Part shown: in pieces, positions 9,304 to 18,413 of the stretch
How positions within the stretch are numbered: position 1 is the stretch's first letter
Layout: the number at the start of each line of letters is the position of its first letter
Assembly (NCBI GenBank): GCA_963796685.1
Contig: CAWCMR010000009.1
Location: 256,001 to 320,000 of the forward strand
Direction of reading: 5' to 3'
Origin: an uncultured delta proteobacterium
GTDB lineage: Bacteria > Myxococcota_A > Polyangia > Fen-1088
DNA: 64,000 nt
Notes under the pieces: generated by a model
Told to the model about the DNA's origin: nothing
Seen by the model: the letters and a program-made list of their open reading frames with translations, nothing else
Databases searched by the model: none
Program-made: the position numbers and the translations under genes

Positions 9304-10869
9304 TCAGTCGGGCCCGCCCTTCGAAAAATAGAAGAAGCCATCGCTGCTCACGTAGTTCTTCTTCACGAACCTCAGGAATCTCGTTCCGAGGGCGATCAGG
9401 TTTTCGTCCAGGGCAATCAGTCTCGGTCGGATCTGCCCGCGCTCCAGAGCGTCCACGTAGGCATCCACCCGTTCTCGGGGAAGCATGTCGAGGATCTCTG
9501 CGTGAAGGAAGAAGTGGTAGAGGGCATGGGGGCGAAACACCCCTGTCCCTTCGATGCCGTCCATGACCACGTCCGTCGGCTGCGTGTGTTCGAAGACGTA
9601 GCGCAGCCTTGCGAGCTGCTCATCGTTTCGCGAGGCGAAGGATTCTCGCAGGTCGCCGAGCGGCACCAGGGCAAACGGGATCATGGCAAGAGCGAAGAGC
9701 CAAACCCGGGTACGCGCCGGTGCGAGCTCGACCAGGACGCAAAGCCCTTGGGCGGCAAACAGGCAGACGATGGGCAACAGCATCAGGTAGTACTGTCTGT
9801 GCGCGCCCGGGATGATGAGGATACCGACGATGAGCCCGAACAGGATGCACGACAAGAGAAGGCCCTCGTACCGACGCGGCTCGGAGCGGAAGAAGCGGTA
9901 CAGGGATACGGAAGCTCCCAACAGCCCCAGAACCAGGGCGGGCCAACTGGCGCCTATCAGTCTCAGGAGCTGCTCGTAGGAAACGTGCTTCCACTTGGAG
10001 TTGAGGAGGAAGTTGTTCGCGATGAATGCGCCGCCGCCATGATGGAGGGCAAACGCGGCCCAAGTCAGGGCGGGCGTAACGCATAGTCCCAAGAAGAAGA
10101 CCATGGTCGAAACCAGCCGGGAGCGAAGATGAGCCTTGCTCCGCGCCGACAGCATCCAGATGCCGAGCCCTGCCAGCAATCCCGGGAGCACGAAGAGCAT
10201 CTTCTGTGTGCACATGATGGAGGCTCCCAGGCAGAGCCCTCCGGCGAGAAGGAGACCACGGCCTCTCTTCTCCGAGGCCATGCTCGGGGCAAGCCCGCGC
10301 AGCAAAAACCAAAGACTGCCGAGGAAGATCGGAAGCGCGAGCACGTCGGGGCGAATCTCGACGGTCTTCTGAAAGAAGAAGGGCTGAACCACGAGCAACA
10401 GCCCAGCCCAGATCCCCACGCCCGGGAGCCCGCGCTCCGTGCCGCGATCTTCCAGCAGGCGTCCGATGAGGACGGTGAGGAGAACCGACAGGATCGCCAG
10501 CACCACCGATAGGCCACGGGCGAAAATCAGGAAGTGTCTCGCGCTTTCGAAGGACTGGTCGACGTGGAACCAATGGAAGAACGGACTCAGCATGTAGTGG
10601 TAAAAGGGAGTGTGATGCTCGAAGAAGTCCTTGTAGGGGATCATTCCCTTGAACACGCACCAGGCCGTGTGAGCATGCTCGAATTCATCGGGATCGAAGG
10701 TCCGATGCACGAGCACCGGGATGCGCGCCAGGAAGAAGCCGGCGATGGCGAGTATCACGACATAGGGGGAATAGGCGCGGGTGTGGCCGGCCTTCGCCCG
10801 GCGAAGCCCGCCTTGCGGGGGCTCGAGGACCTGCGTTTCGATCGGCCTCTTGTCGTCATCGTGCTGCAT
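9304..10869 (-). CDS. GT-C glycosyltransferase (ArnT/PMT-like)
   Basis: DPDEFEH loop, GMIPYKDFFEHHTP, EIRPD, about 11 TM helices. Confidence 0.8.
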   Translation of the reverse strand: MQHDDDKRPIETQVLEPPQGGLRRAKAGHTRAYSPYVVILAIAGFFLARIPVLVHRTFDPDEFEHAHTAWCVFKGMIPYKDFFEHHTPFYHYMLSPFFHWFHVDQSFESARHFLIFARGLSVVLAILSVLLTVLIGRLLEDRGTERGLPGVGIWAGLLLVVQPFFFQKTVEIRPDVLALPIFLGSLWFLLRGLAPSMASEKRGRGLLLAGGLCLGASIMCTQKMLFVLPGLLAGLGIWMLSARSKAHLRSRLVSTMVFFLGLCVTPALTWAAFALHHGGGAFIANNFLLNSKWKHVSYEQLLRLIGASWPALVLGLLGASVSLYRFFRSEPRRYEGLLLSCILFGLIVGILIIPGAHRQYYLMLLPIVCLFAAQGLCVLVELAPARTRVWLFALAMIPFALVPLGDLRESFASRNDEQLARLRYVFEHTQPTDVVMDGIEGTGVFRPHALYHFFLHAEILDMLPRERVDAYVDALERGQIRPRLIALDENLIALGTRFLRFVKKNYVSSDGFFYFSKGGPD

Positions 10870-10961
10870 CTCGGAATGCCTGGTCGGCGAAGGCTATATC
10901 ACAGCTCCCCAGGCGCAGGTATCGGTCTGGCCCGTCCATCTTCCCCCTCGAGCGATCCATC

Positions 10962-12401
10962 GTGCCCGATGCCCGGATGATGGACAGCACCGAAGGTTCC
11001 ACGACGCGCGCCCGCCCCGGCCCGCCGCGGCCCCTGCCCTTCCTGGGCGGCTGTGCGCTCGCGCTCTTGGCCGCCTCGGCGGCCACCTGGGCGCGCTTCC
11101 TCGCCGAGGGAAGCTTGCGTCTGGTGCCGAACACGCGGGCCAACTTGCTGGCACAAGGAATGGTCGGAGTGGCGCTGCTCTGGGTGGGCCTCGCGGCGCT
11201 GCGCCGGCTGGAACGGACGGAACAACACAGCGTGACCGGTCTCGTGCGTGCGAGCCTCATTCTGCAGCTGTGCGCGCTGCCTGCTCTGGCCCTGACATCC
11301 AGCGATATCTTTTCCTACCTGGCCTATGGGGCACTCTCGGCCCTGGGCAAGAATCCCTGCCTGCTCGGCCCTTCCGCCTTGGGCCAGGGTCCCGTGCTCG
11401 CCTTGGTCTCTCCGCGCTGGGCAGATGCCCCGAGCTCCTACGGGCCGATCTTGAACCTGCTGGGCTGGTTGGTCGGGGAGATCGGCCGCCTTGTCGGCTC
11501 CCCCGTCTGGGGCGCCGGCGCGGCTTACAAATTGCTGGCGGCCGCCGCGACGGCGGGCGCGATCGTTTGCGCGGCCAAGACCGCGCGTGCTCTCGGCACG
11601 CGGGTCGCGGCGCAAGGACTGGCCGCGATCGCGCTCTCGCCTTTGCTTGCCTGGGAGCTGACCGCTCAGGGGCACAACGACGCGGTCATGGTGTGCGCCC
11701 TGTGTGCATTTGCGTGGGCAGCGGCACGCGGCAAAGACGGCCTGGGCGCCCTCGCGCTCGGCGTCGGGGTCCTCGCCAAGGCGGGTATCGCGCCGCTGCT
11801 CCTTCTGTGGCTCGTGGTCATGTGGCGCCGCTCCCCGCGGCGCGCGCTCGGGTGGGCCGCGGCCCTCGCCCTATTCGCCATGCTGGCGTGGGCGCCGTTC
11901 TGGGCCGGTTGGGAAACCCTGCGCGGCGTCGGCGCCACCGCCGGAGGCAATCTCGAGCGCCACACCAATTCGCTGCAGGACTTGCTCAACCTCCTCTTGA
12001 CGCCCGTGTGGCCTGCCGTGAAAGTACCGCTCTTCCGCTCGTTTCAGATCGCCTCGTTCGCGGTGCTGGGAGTCGGCACGTTGTGGGCCGCGCTCAAGGT
12101 GCGCGACGCCGCAGGGCTGGCGCACGCCGGGATTGCGATCCTGCTCGGCTACTTCTTGACGACACCCTGGTTCGAGCCATGGTATGCGACCTGGCTGCTG
12201 CCGCTGTGCCTGCTCGAACGCGACCCGCGCTGGCAACGGCTGGTCGCAAGGTACGCCGTGCTCTCCGTGGTGCAGTATGCGCTGCCGCTCGATCCCTACA
12301 CCACCGTCCTCGGCAACCTCTGGATCGCGCATCGAGGGTGGAAACTCTGGCGCGGCGCCAGCGGATCGGTACCCGAGCAATGCGCCGTGGCATCGCGCTG
12401 A
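10962..12401 (+). CDS. MptA/MptB-like polyprenol-phosphosugar-dependent glycosyltransferase (GT-C)
   Basis: SSDIFSYLAYG, NP, SSYGP, GHNDAVM, PWYATW motifs typical of MptB-family alpha-1,6-mannosyltransferases. Confidence 0.8.
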   Translation: MPDARMMDSTEGSTTRARPGPPRPLPFLGGCALALLAASAATWARFLAEGSLRLVPNTRANLLAQGMVGVALLWVGLAALRRLERTEQHSVTGLVRASLILQLCALPALALTSSDIFSYLAYGALSALGKNPCLLGPSALGQGPVLALVSPRWADAPSSYGPILNLLGWLVGEIGRLVGSPVWGAGAAYKLLAAAATAGAIVCAAKTARALGTRVAAQGLAAIALSPLLAWELTAQGHNDAVMVCALCAFAWAAARGKDGLGALALGVGVLAKAGIAPLLLLWLVVMWRRSPRRALGWAAALALFAMLAWAPFWAGWETLRGVGATAGGNLERHTNSLQDLLNLLLTPVWPAVKVPLFRSFQIASFAVLGVGTLWAALKVRDAAGLAHAGIAILLGYFLTTPWFEPWYATWLLPLCLLERDPRWQRLVARYAVLSVVQYALPLDPYTTVLGNLWIAHRGWKLWRGASGSVPEQCAVASR

Positions 12402-12492
12402 AGACCCCCGTCTTTCCCCGATTGACACAAGCTCTCACACCTCAGGGCTTGACCGGCACACGGCGCTAAGATATTGAGCCAGTTACGGCACT

Positions 12493-13650
12493 ATGCGCCC
12501 TCTTCGCGTCGGTATCGTAGCCGAAAGCTACTTCCCCAGCCTTGGAGGCATTCAGGAGCACATACGCCATCTGCGTAACCTTTTGCACCGACAGGGCGTG
12601 GAGGTCACGATTCTAACCGGACGCATGGCGCTTTCGGGCATGCCTGGACCCGAGGACGCCGAGGAGGGCGTGATTCGCGTCGGTCGCGCGCGCAGCTTTC
12701 GCACCGGGGGGACCTTCACCCAAGCGACCATCGGGCCCCTGGCGGCGTTCAACTTCCACCGCGCCCTGCGCAAGGGACAGTTCGATCTACTCAACATCCA
12801 CGGACCCTGCGACTTCGGGTTGGCCTTCTGGGGGCTCTCGTTGTTCCGCGGACCCAAGGTGCTCACCCTGCACTCGTGTTTTCCCGATGCGCGATGGCGG
12901 CACAGGATCGCGGCCTACTACCGCTGGGTCTTTCGTCGAGCCTCCGCCGTCATCGCGGTCTCCGAGGCGACGGCACAATCGATGTGTCGTTATGCCGCCT
13001 TCCAATCGACGGTCATCCCGAATGGCATCGACGTGGCCTATTGGCGGGCCGGCCCGAGCCCCCAATACCTTCGGCCCGGAACGCGCAACCTCGTCTATCT
13101 CGGGAGGCTCGAAGATCGCAACGGGCCGGATGTGGCGCTCGAGGCCTTCGAAAGAATCGCGCCCTCGTTCCCGGACCTGCGGCTGCTCATGGCGGGCGAC
13201 GGCCCCATGAGGACCGACTTGCAGGCAAGGGTGCCGCCTTGCCTGCGCGGGCGGGTCGAGTTCCTTGGCGCGGTCTACGACCAGCGCCCGGAGCTGCTCG
13301 CCTCGTCCTCGGTGTTCCTGCTGCCGGCGCGGGCCGTGGGCTTCTCGATCATGGTGCTGGAGGCCTTCGCCGCGGGCTTGCCCGTGGTGGCGCTTCCCGC
13401 GCTCGGGACCGATCGCGCGGGCGAGCATTGGTCGAACGTGATCCTGGCCAAGGACAACAGCGCCGCGGCGTTCGCCCACGCCGTGACGGACACCCTGCAA
13501 AGAGATCAGGGCGAGCGCATCGCGCGCGGGCGAGCCCTTGCCGAAGCCTTCGACTGGGCGAGGATCGGTGGCAGGATTCTCGATGTCTTCCAGAGCGTCG
13601 CCAGGCCGCCTGCCCAGTTGCCGGGTTGCCACCCGAAGGCCGCCGCGTAG
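12493..13650 (+). CDS. GT4 glycosyltransferase, PimA-like
   Basis: RVGIVAESYFPSLGGIQEHI, IPNGID, YLGRLEDRNG, FSIMVLEAFAAGLPVV. Confidence 0.88.
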   Translation: MRPLRVGIVAESYFPSLGGIQEHIRHLRNLLHRQGVEVTILTGRMALSGMPGPEDAEEGVIRVGRARSFRTGGTFTQATIGPLAAFNFHRALRKGQFDLLNIHGPCDFGLAFWGLSLFRGPKVLTLHSCFPDARWRHRIAAYYRWVFRRASAVIAVSEATAQSMCRYAAFQSTVIPNGIDVAYWRAGPSPQYLRPGTRNLVYLGRLEDRNGPDVALEAFERIAPSFPDLRLLMAGDGPMRTDLQARVPPCLRGRVEFLGAVYDQRPELLASSSVFLLPARAVGFSIMVLEAFAAGLPVVALPALGTDRAGEHWSNVILAKDNSAAAFAHAVTDTLQRDQGERIARGRALAEAFDWARIGGRILDVFQSVARPPAQLPGCHPKAAA

Positions 13651-13652
13651 CC

Positions 13653-14444
13653 ATGGGGGCCAAAGCCCGGGCGTGGATGAACCGCGGGCTCGTGATTCTG
13701 GCGATCCTCGCGGGCACCTGCCTGCTCCTCTGGCTGCCGGCCGTTCCCCCGTGGGGAAAGCTCGCGATCTTGACGATGGCGGCCCTGATCGGTGCGAAGA
13801 TCGCGTGGCGTGAAATCCCGGCCTTCGATCCGCTCGGCCGCGTTCACTGGCGTCTTCCGAGGCGACCGGAACGCACCTGTGCCATCACCTTCGACGACGG
13901 ACCGAGCGCGAACACCGCACGCGTGGTCGAGATTCTCGGACGCCACCAGGTCAAGGCGACGTTCTTCGTGCTGGCTGCGAACGCCCGTCGCCACCCCGAT
14001 GTGCTGCGCAGGGTGGCCGAACAGGGCCACACCGTGGCCATTCACGGGGTCACGCACAGGAAGATCCACCGCGATAGCGAGCCAGACGTCGAGCGCGAGC
14101 TGTCGACCGCCATCGAAGAATTGTCATCCCTGGGGGTGCCGCCCGCCCGTCTCTACCGCCCGCCCCACGGCCTCAAGAGCACAGCCGCCCTGCGGGTCGC
14201 ACGCAGGCTGGGCTGCCGAGTCTGGGCGTGGAGCCGCGGCGTCTGGGACACCGACCGTCCCGATCCCGAGGTCCTGGTGAGACGAGCGACGCGCCTTGCG
14301 TGCTCGCGCATGGTGCTGCTGCTGCACGATGGCCGCGGCGACGAAGAGCATCCCGACATCGAGCCCATGCTGGCGGCCTTGCCGCGCATCCTCGAGCGAC
14401 TGCGCGCCGATGGGTTCACCTTCCGAACATTGGATCACCCGTGA
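13653..14444 (+). CDS. Membrane-anchored polysaccharide deacetylase (CE4/NodB)
   Basis: ATG at 13653 in the 12876..14444 frame; two N-terminal TMs; TFDDGP, ATFFVL, HGVTH, YRPPHG, LLLHDG. Confidence 0.92.
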   Translation: MGAKARAWMNRGLVILAILAGTCLLLWLPAVPPWGKLAILTMAALIGAKIAWREIPAFDPLGRVHWRLPRRPERTCAITFDDGPSANTARVVEILGRHQVKATFFVLAANARRHPDVLRRVAEQGHTVAIHGVTHRKIHRDSEPDVERELSTAIEELSSLGVPPARLYRPPHGLKSTAALRVARRLGCRVWAWSRGVWDTDRPDPEVLVRRATRLACSRMVLLLHDGRGDEEHPDIEPMLAALPRILERLRADGFTFRTLDHP

Positions 14445-15346
14445 ATCGTCCACGCTGGAAGATCGCGCTGCGCTTCCTGCCGCTTTGCTTTCTGGCCGCG
14501 GTGATGTGGCGAGAGAAGCCATGGATGGTGCGGTTTTCGGCCAGCGCTCCGTGGGCCGTGGTGGCCACGATTCTTCTCAACTTCGCCGTGTACCTGCCCG
14601 TGAAGGCTTTGCGCTGGCGCGTGTCCCTGACCCTACCGCCGCCCTTTCGCCAAGTCTTCGCCGCGACCCTCGAGGGCCTCCTGGCCAATGCCGCCATCGG
14701 ATTCGGCAGCGGCGATCTGGTTCGCTCGGCAAGGTTGCGAGGGCAGCGGCAGCAAGAGAAAGGCCAGCTCGCCGTCGACTATGCGTGCTCGTGGGCAGAG
14801 CGCGGCGCCGAGGTGTTGGCGCTCGCCCTCCTCATTTTCGCCACCGCGCTCCTAGCAAAGCTTGGAACCTTGGCCCTGGCCCTGTCGGGCCTGGTCGTGG
14901 CGGCCTACGTCGCCGTGCTCGGTGCCGGCCGTTTCCTCGTGCCGCGACTCCGCCGCTGGCCGCGCATTCAGCGACCGCTGTCGTCGGGATTGCAGGCATC
15001 CACGCCGCGTAGGGTGACGGCCATGGCTGCCCTATCCCTGCTTGGGTGGGGGAGCGAGATGGTGATGCTGGTGCTGTTTCAGGGCGCCTTCCACCTCGAG
15101 CCCAGCTTTCGGACGGCCCTGCTGACCCTGGTGGGCATCAACGCCGCCATCGTCATCCCGACCTTGCCCGGAAATTTCGGGACCTTCGAAGCCGGCGCCA
15201 TCATGGCCCTGGTCATGTGCAAAGCACCCCATGACACCGCTGTCCTCTATGCCCTGACCTACCACCTGACCCACGTGATCCCGGTCGCGCTCGTGGCCAC
15301 GACGGTTTACCTCGTCCGCTCCCGCGCGCCGGAGCGCCAAGGGTGA
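14441..15346 (+). CDS. Lysylphosphatidylglycerol-synthase TM / flippase-like membrane protein
   Basis: GTGA overlap with deacetylase; KALRWR, GDLVR, ER, PTLPGNFGTFEAG motifs. Confidence 0.82.
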   Translation: MNRPRWKIALRFLPLCFLAAVMWREKPWMVRFSASAPWAVVATILLNFAVYLPVKALRWRVSLTLPPPFRQVFAATLEGLLANAAIGFGSGDLVRSARLRGQRQQEKGQLAVDYACSWAERGAEVLALALLIFATALLAKLGTLALALSGLVVAAYVAVLGAGRFLVPRLRRWPRIQRPLSSGLQASTPRRVTAMAALSLLGWGSEMVMLVLFQGAFHLEPSFRTALLTLVGINAAIVIPTLPGNFGTFEAGAIMALVMCKAPHDTAVLYALTYHLTHVIPVALVATTVYLVRSRAPERQG

Positions 15347-15351
15347 GCTAC

Positions 15352-15620
15352 CGTAGTCCTGCATTGGCCGCAAAAGGTCGTGGCCGTGGCCGTGGCCGTG
15401 GCCGTGGCTGTGGTCGTGGTCGTGGCCGTGGTCGTGGTCGTGGTCTGGCCGTGGTCGTGGCCGTGGTCGGCCTGATCTTCCTCGGCCAGGACCACGGCCA
15501 CGGTAAGCCGTCTACGTCCACGACCACCAGTCCTCGTTCCCATTGGATGCACGCACCCGTCGTGGAAAGGCATCTCTTTCTGCTGCCTTCCGCAACGTTG
15601 CTGCGCTTGTCGCGGAATCG
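15352..15620. mobile_element. Non-autonomous palindromic repeat element (copy 2) with (CGTGGY)n tract, flanked by 11-bp direct repeat GGGTGAGCTAC
   Basis: GGGTGAGCTAC at 15341-15351 and 15621-15631; reverse complement of about 15541-15582 matches about 3658-3699. Confidence 0.75.
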
Positions 15621-15627
15621 GGGTGAG

Positions 15628-17334
15628 CTACGGTATCCGCCGGTACAAGACGACGCCATCGCTGACCTCAGCCGGCCGATAGTGACGGTCGACGTAGGCG
15701 CGCAGCCTCGGGTAGCGCGCGAGCGGAAACTTGTCGTAGCCGTCCCAGCCAGCGGCGGCGGCGTCGACGAAAAGAGCGGGCCGCCGGCGCTCCAAGTCCG
15801 AGAACAACATGTCCCATGCGGCAGGCAGTTGGTTGCCATCGGCGTTCCACTGTCCGGTCTCGGTGGGCGTGCCGGGGCTCTCGCCGGTCATGTAGTTGCA
15901 GAACGAGAAGCGCGCGCCCATCGGACGGCGGGCCAGGACGTAGAGCTGCGGGGAGTTTCCCCAAACGAAGATGCGATCGTTCGGGCCGGTGATGGCGTCG
16001 ATGCGGGCGGCAACGTCATCGTAGGGCGGCTCGCTCTCGTCGAGAACGGCCGCGAGGGGCCTACCGACAGTGGCCAGCGCGAAAAAGAAGAGCGCTGGCC
16101 CTGCACACAACAGCGCGATGGGCACGCGATAGAATCGGCCCTTGCTCCAGAGTCGACAAAAGGCGGGGGCGGCCAATAGGCAAAGAGGCGCCAAGATCAG
16201 GTGGAAGTAGTGCCCAAAAAAGCGCCCACCGGCTGCCACGGCGATCGCGGAGGTCGCAAGCCAGAGCAAGCCCAGGACGGCCGAGGAGGACGGCGCATCG
16301 GCAACCCGGCGACGAATCACGCGAACCATGCCAGCCGACGTCGCAAGCGCAGCCACCAGGCCCAGGGCATAGGGCAAGAGCGCCACCCCACCGATGAGCC
16401 CGGTTCGGCGCAAGCCGCGAGCAAGCGCCCCAAGCCCTGTCAAGCCGTCGCCGACGTAAGAGAAGTTGAACTTGAACCAGTAGACCGCGGCCCAGGCGTT
16501 GCCGGCGGCCAAACACCCCAAGAGGTAAAGCCCGCCCGGTACCAGGGCTCCGGCCACGTGACACAGGGCCATCGTCGCGGCCCGTGCCCAGGAAATGCGT
16601 CCGAGGACCGCCCACCAGCAACCGAGCCCGATCGAGGCACCCAGAAAGGTGAGGCCTTGGTACTTGAACAGGGCCGAGACTCCGATGAGCACACCCACGC
16701 CCAGGTGGGTCGCCAACGCCAGCGGGCCTTGCCCGGCGGTGCTCGCCTCCGGGGTGGGCCCTATCTTCGGAAGACTTCGCAACAGCAGCCAGGCGGCGAT
16801 GGTCTGCGGCACCAGCAAGAACAGCTCGCAGTTCGCCGCGAGGGCATCGTAGTCGTGCCAAGTCGTAGAGAAGACGAGGAACAGACCCGCCGCTGCCAGC
16901 CCGGACCATCCCGCCTGGGGAGCCGGCCGGCCCGCAGCACGGGCGATCGCGAAGAGAAATCCCGCCGTGAGCAACACGGACAGGATGACCAAGGCGTGGG
17001 CTCCGTGCGTGTCGTAGCGCCCGAACAGCGCGAACCCTGCTTGGTAGACGTGGTAGATGAGCGGCGGCTTGTGGTCCACGACATCGCGATAGAGCAGGTC
17101 GCCGCGCGCCAGCGCGTCGGCGGTTGTGGCATAGATGGCTTCGTCGTCGGACAAGAGCGCCCGGCCAAAGGTCGGCAAGCGCAGGAGAGCCCCCAACGCG
17201 AAAATCGCGACCACCCACGCCTGGAACCTCCGCATGCGCGGCACCGACGGTTCTGCTGGCTCTTCGGCCTCTTCTTGCACGTTGCGCTTCCGGGTCGCCC
17301 TTTCGAGGGCCAACGCGGCGACGGAGTTTCGCAT
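15628..17334 (-). CDS. GT-C glycosyltransferase (ArnT/PMT-like)
   Basis: SDDEAIYA, GDLLYRDVVDHKPP, ANCELF, FFGHYF, IFVWGNSP; many TM helices. Confidence 0.85.
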   Translation of the reverse strand: MRNSVAALALERATRKRNVQEEAEEPAEPSVPRMRRFQAWVVAIFALGALLRLPTFGRALLSDDEAIYATTADALARGDLLYRDVVDHKPPLIYHVYQAGFALFGRYDTHGAHALVILSVLLTAGFLFAIARAAGRPAPQAGWSGLAAAGLFLVFSTTWHDYDALAANCELFLLVPQTIAAWLLLRSLPKIGPTPEASTAGQGPLALATHLGVGVLIGVSALFKYQGLTFLGASIGLGCWWAVLGRISWARAATMALCHVAGALVPGGLYLLGCLAAGNAWAAVYWFKFNFSYVGDGLTGLGALARGLRRTGLIGGVALLPYALGLVAALATSAGMVRVIRRRVADAPSSSAVLGLLWLATSAIAVAAGGRFFGHYFHLILAPLCLLAAPAFCRLWSKGRFYRVPIALLCAGPALFFFALATVGRPLAAVLDESEPPYDDVAARIDAITGPNDRIFVWGNSPQLYVLARRPMGARFSFCNYMTGESPGTPTETGQWNADGNQLPAAWDMLFSDLERRRPALFVDAAAAGWDGYDKFPLARYPRLRAYVDRHYRPAEVSDGVVLYRRIP

Positions 17335-17624
17335 CGCCGCCCGGGCACCTCAAGCGCGAAACGGCCCCCATCGTCCCGCAATAGGCGCAGAAGGTCGTGG
17401 AGGTGGCCCGTCCTGCTTTTGCCTCTGCTCGGAGAACCTTCCGAGCTTCGTCAATAGAAACTTCGCGGGCGGGGATGACCCTTTTGTGCTTCTCGAAGGG
17501 CGGAAGGGCTCGCAGAGCACGTCTCGACCATGCACCATCAAACTTTTTTCACCTTGGCACAAAAGGCTTCGGATACTATCTGGGCCTCCTACAGACACGC
17601 ACCCAAACGAATGAAAGAGAAGAG

Positions 17625-18338
17625 ATGCGCAAAGTAAGCACACTCGTTGGTCTGACTCTATTCGCGCTGGCTGGCATGGCCCGCGCCCAAGAAGCCGCTC
17701 CTGGCGCTGCCGACCCTGCTCCACCCGTAGGCGACGCGGCCTCCACGCCGGCGCCCGCTGCGGCCTCGGCAGCGCCGCATGCCACCGAGGCGGTTGCCTC
17801 TACGCCCGCGTCTACGACTCCCGTGGTACCCCGAAAGAAGATTCAGGTCGGGCTCTCGTTCCTGCCGATGGCAGCGGGTACGTTCACCTCCTCGCCAGGG
17901 GGCCAGCCGAAAGCAGCCGACGCGGCGTTTGCGTACGGCTTTGGCCTCACGGCCTGCTATGAGGTCCTGCGCGGTTTGCTCGTGGGCATCGCACCGCAGC
18001 TGATCTACAGCGTGAAGGGCAAGACAGACCCGACAGCAGCGAAGCAACTCGATCTGATGTTACGTGTCGCGTACGCATATCAGCTTCTGGATGGGATCTC
18101 TGTGTATGCCGAAGGGCTTGGGGGATACTCGAAAATTCTTGCGCCTGTTGGCGATAGTCCTGCGGGACTGGTCTTGGCGTTTGGCGCCGGTGGTGCCATG
18201 GATCTCACGGACAGAATCTTCGCCAATTTGGGGTTGGGCTATGAAAAGGGTTTCCAGAACCGCACCCAGGATAGCGTCACGCTGCAAACCAGGACCCAGT
18301 ACGTTCGCGTGACCCTGGGCGGTGGCGTGAAATTCTAG
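17625..18338 (+). CDS. Small outer-membrane beta-barrel protein
   Basis: Signal peptide MRKVSTLVGLTLFALAGMARA, Pro/Ala linker, alternating beta strands, C-terminal GGVKF. Confidence 0.75.
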   Translation: MRKVSTLVGLTLFALAGMARAQEAAPGAADPAPPVGDAASTPAPAAASAAPHATEAVASTPASTTPVVPRKKIQVGLSFLPMAAGTFTSSPGGQPKAADAAFAYGFGLTACYEVLRGLLVGIAPQLIYSVKGKTDPTAAKQLDLMLRVAYAYQLLDGISVYAEGLGGYSKILAPVGDSPAGLVLAFGAGGAMDLTDRIFANLGLGYEKGFQNRTQDSVTLQTRTQYVRVTLGGGVKF

Positions 18339-18413
18339 GCGCACCGAATGCGACGATCTCGATTCCCCGTCCCCCAAGACCCAAAGAACGCTGCCCTCGA
18401 TACTGGAGTTTTC

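Noticed and set aside
15377-15470. (CGTGGY)n tract and the RGRGRG / TTATAT ORFs over it
   Set aside because: Microsatellite arm of the intergenic element; no spacers (not CRISPR) and the ORFs are low-complexity artefacts.
17554-17572. TGGCAC as a sigma-54 promoter before the beta-barrel gene
   Set aside because: No GC at the required GG-N10-GC spacing.
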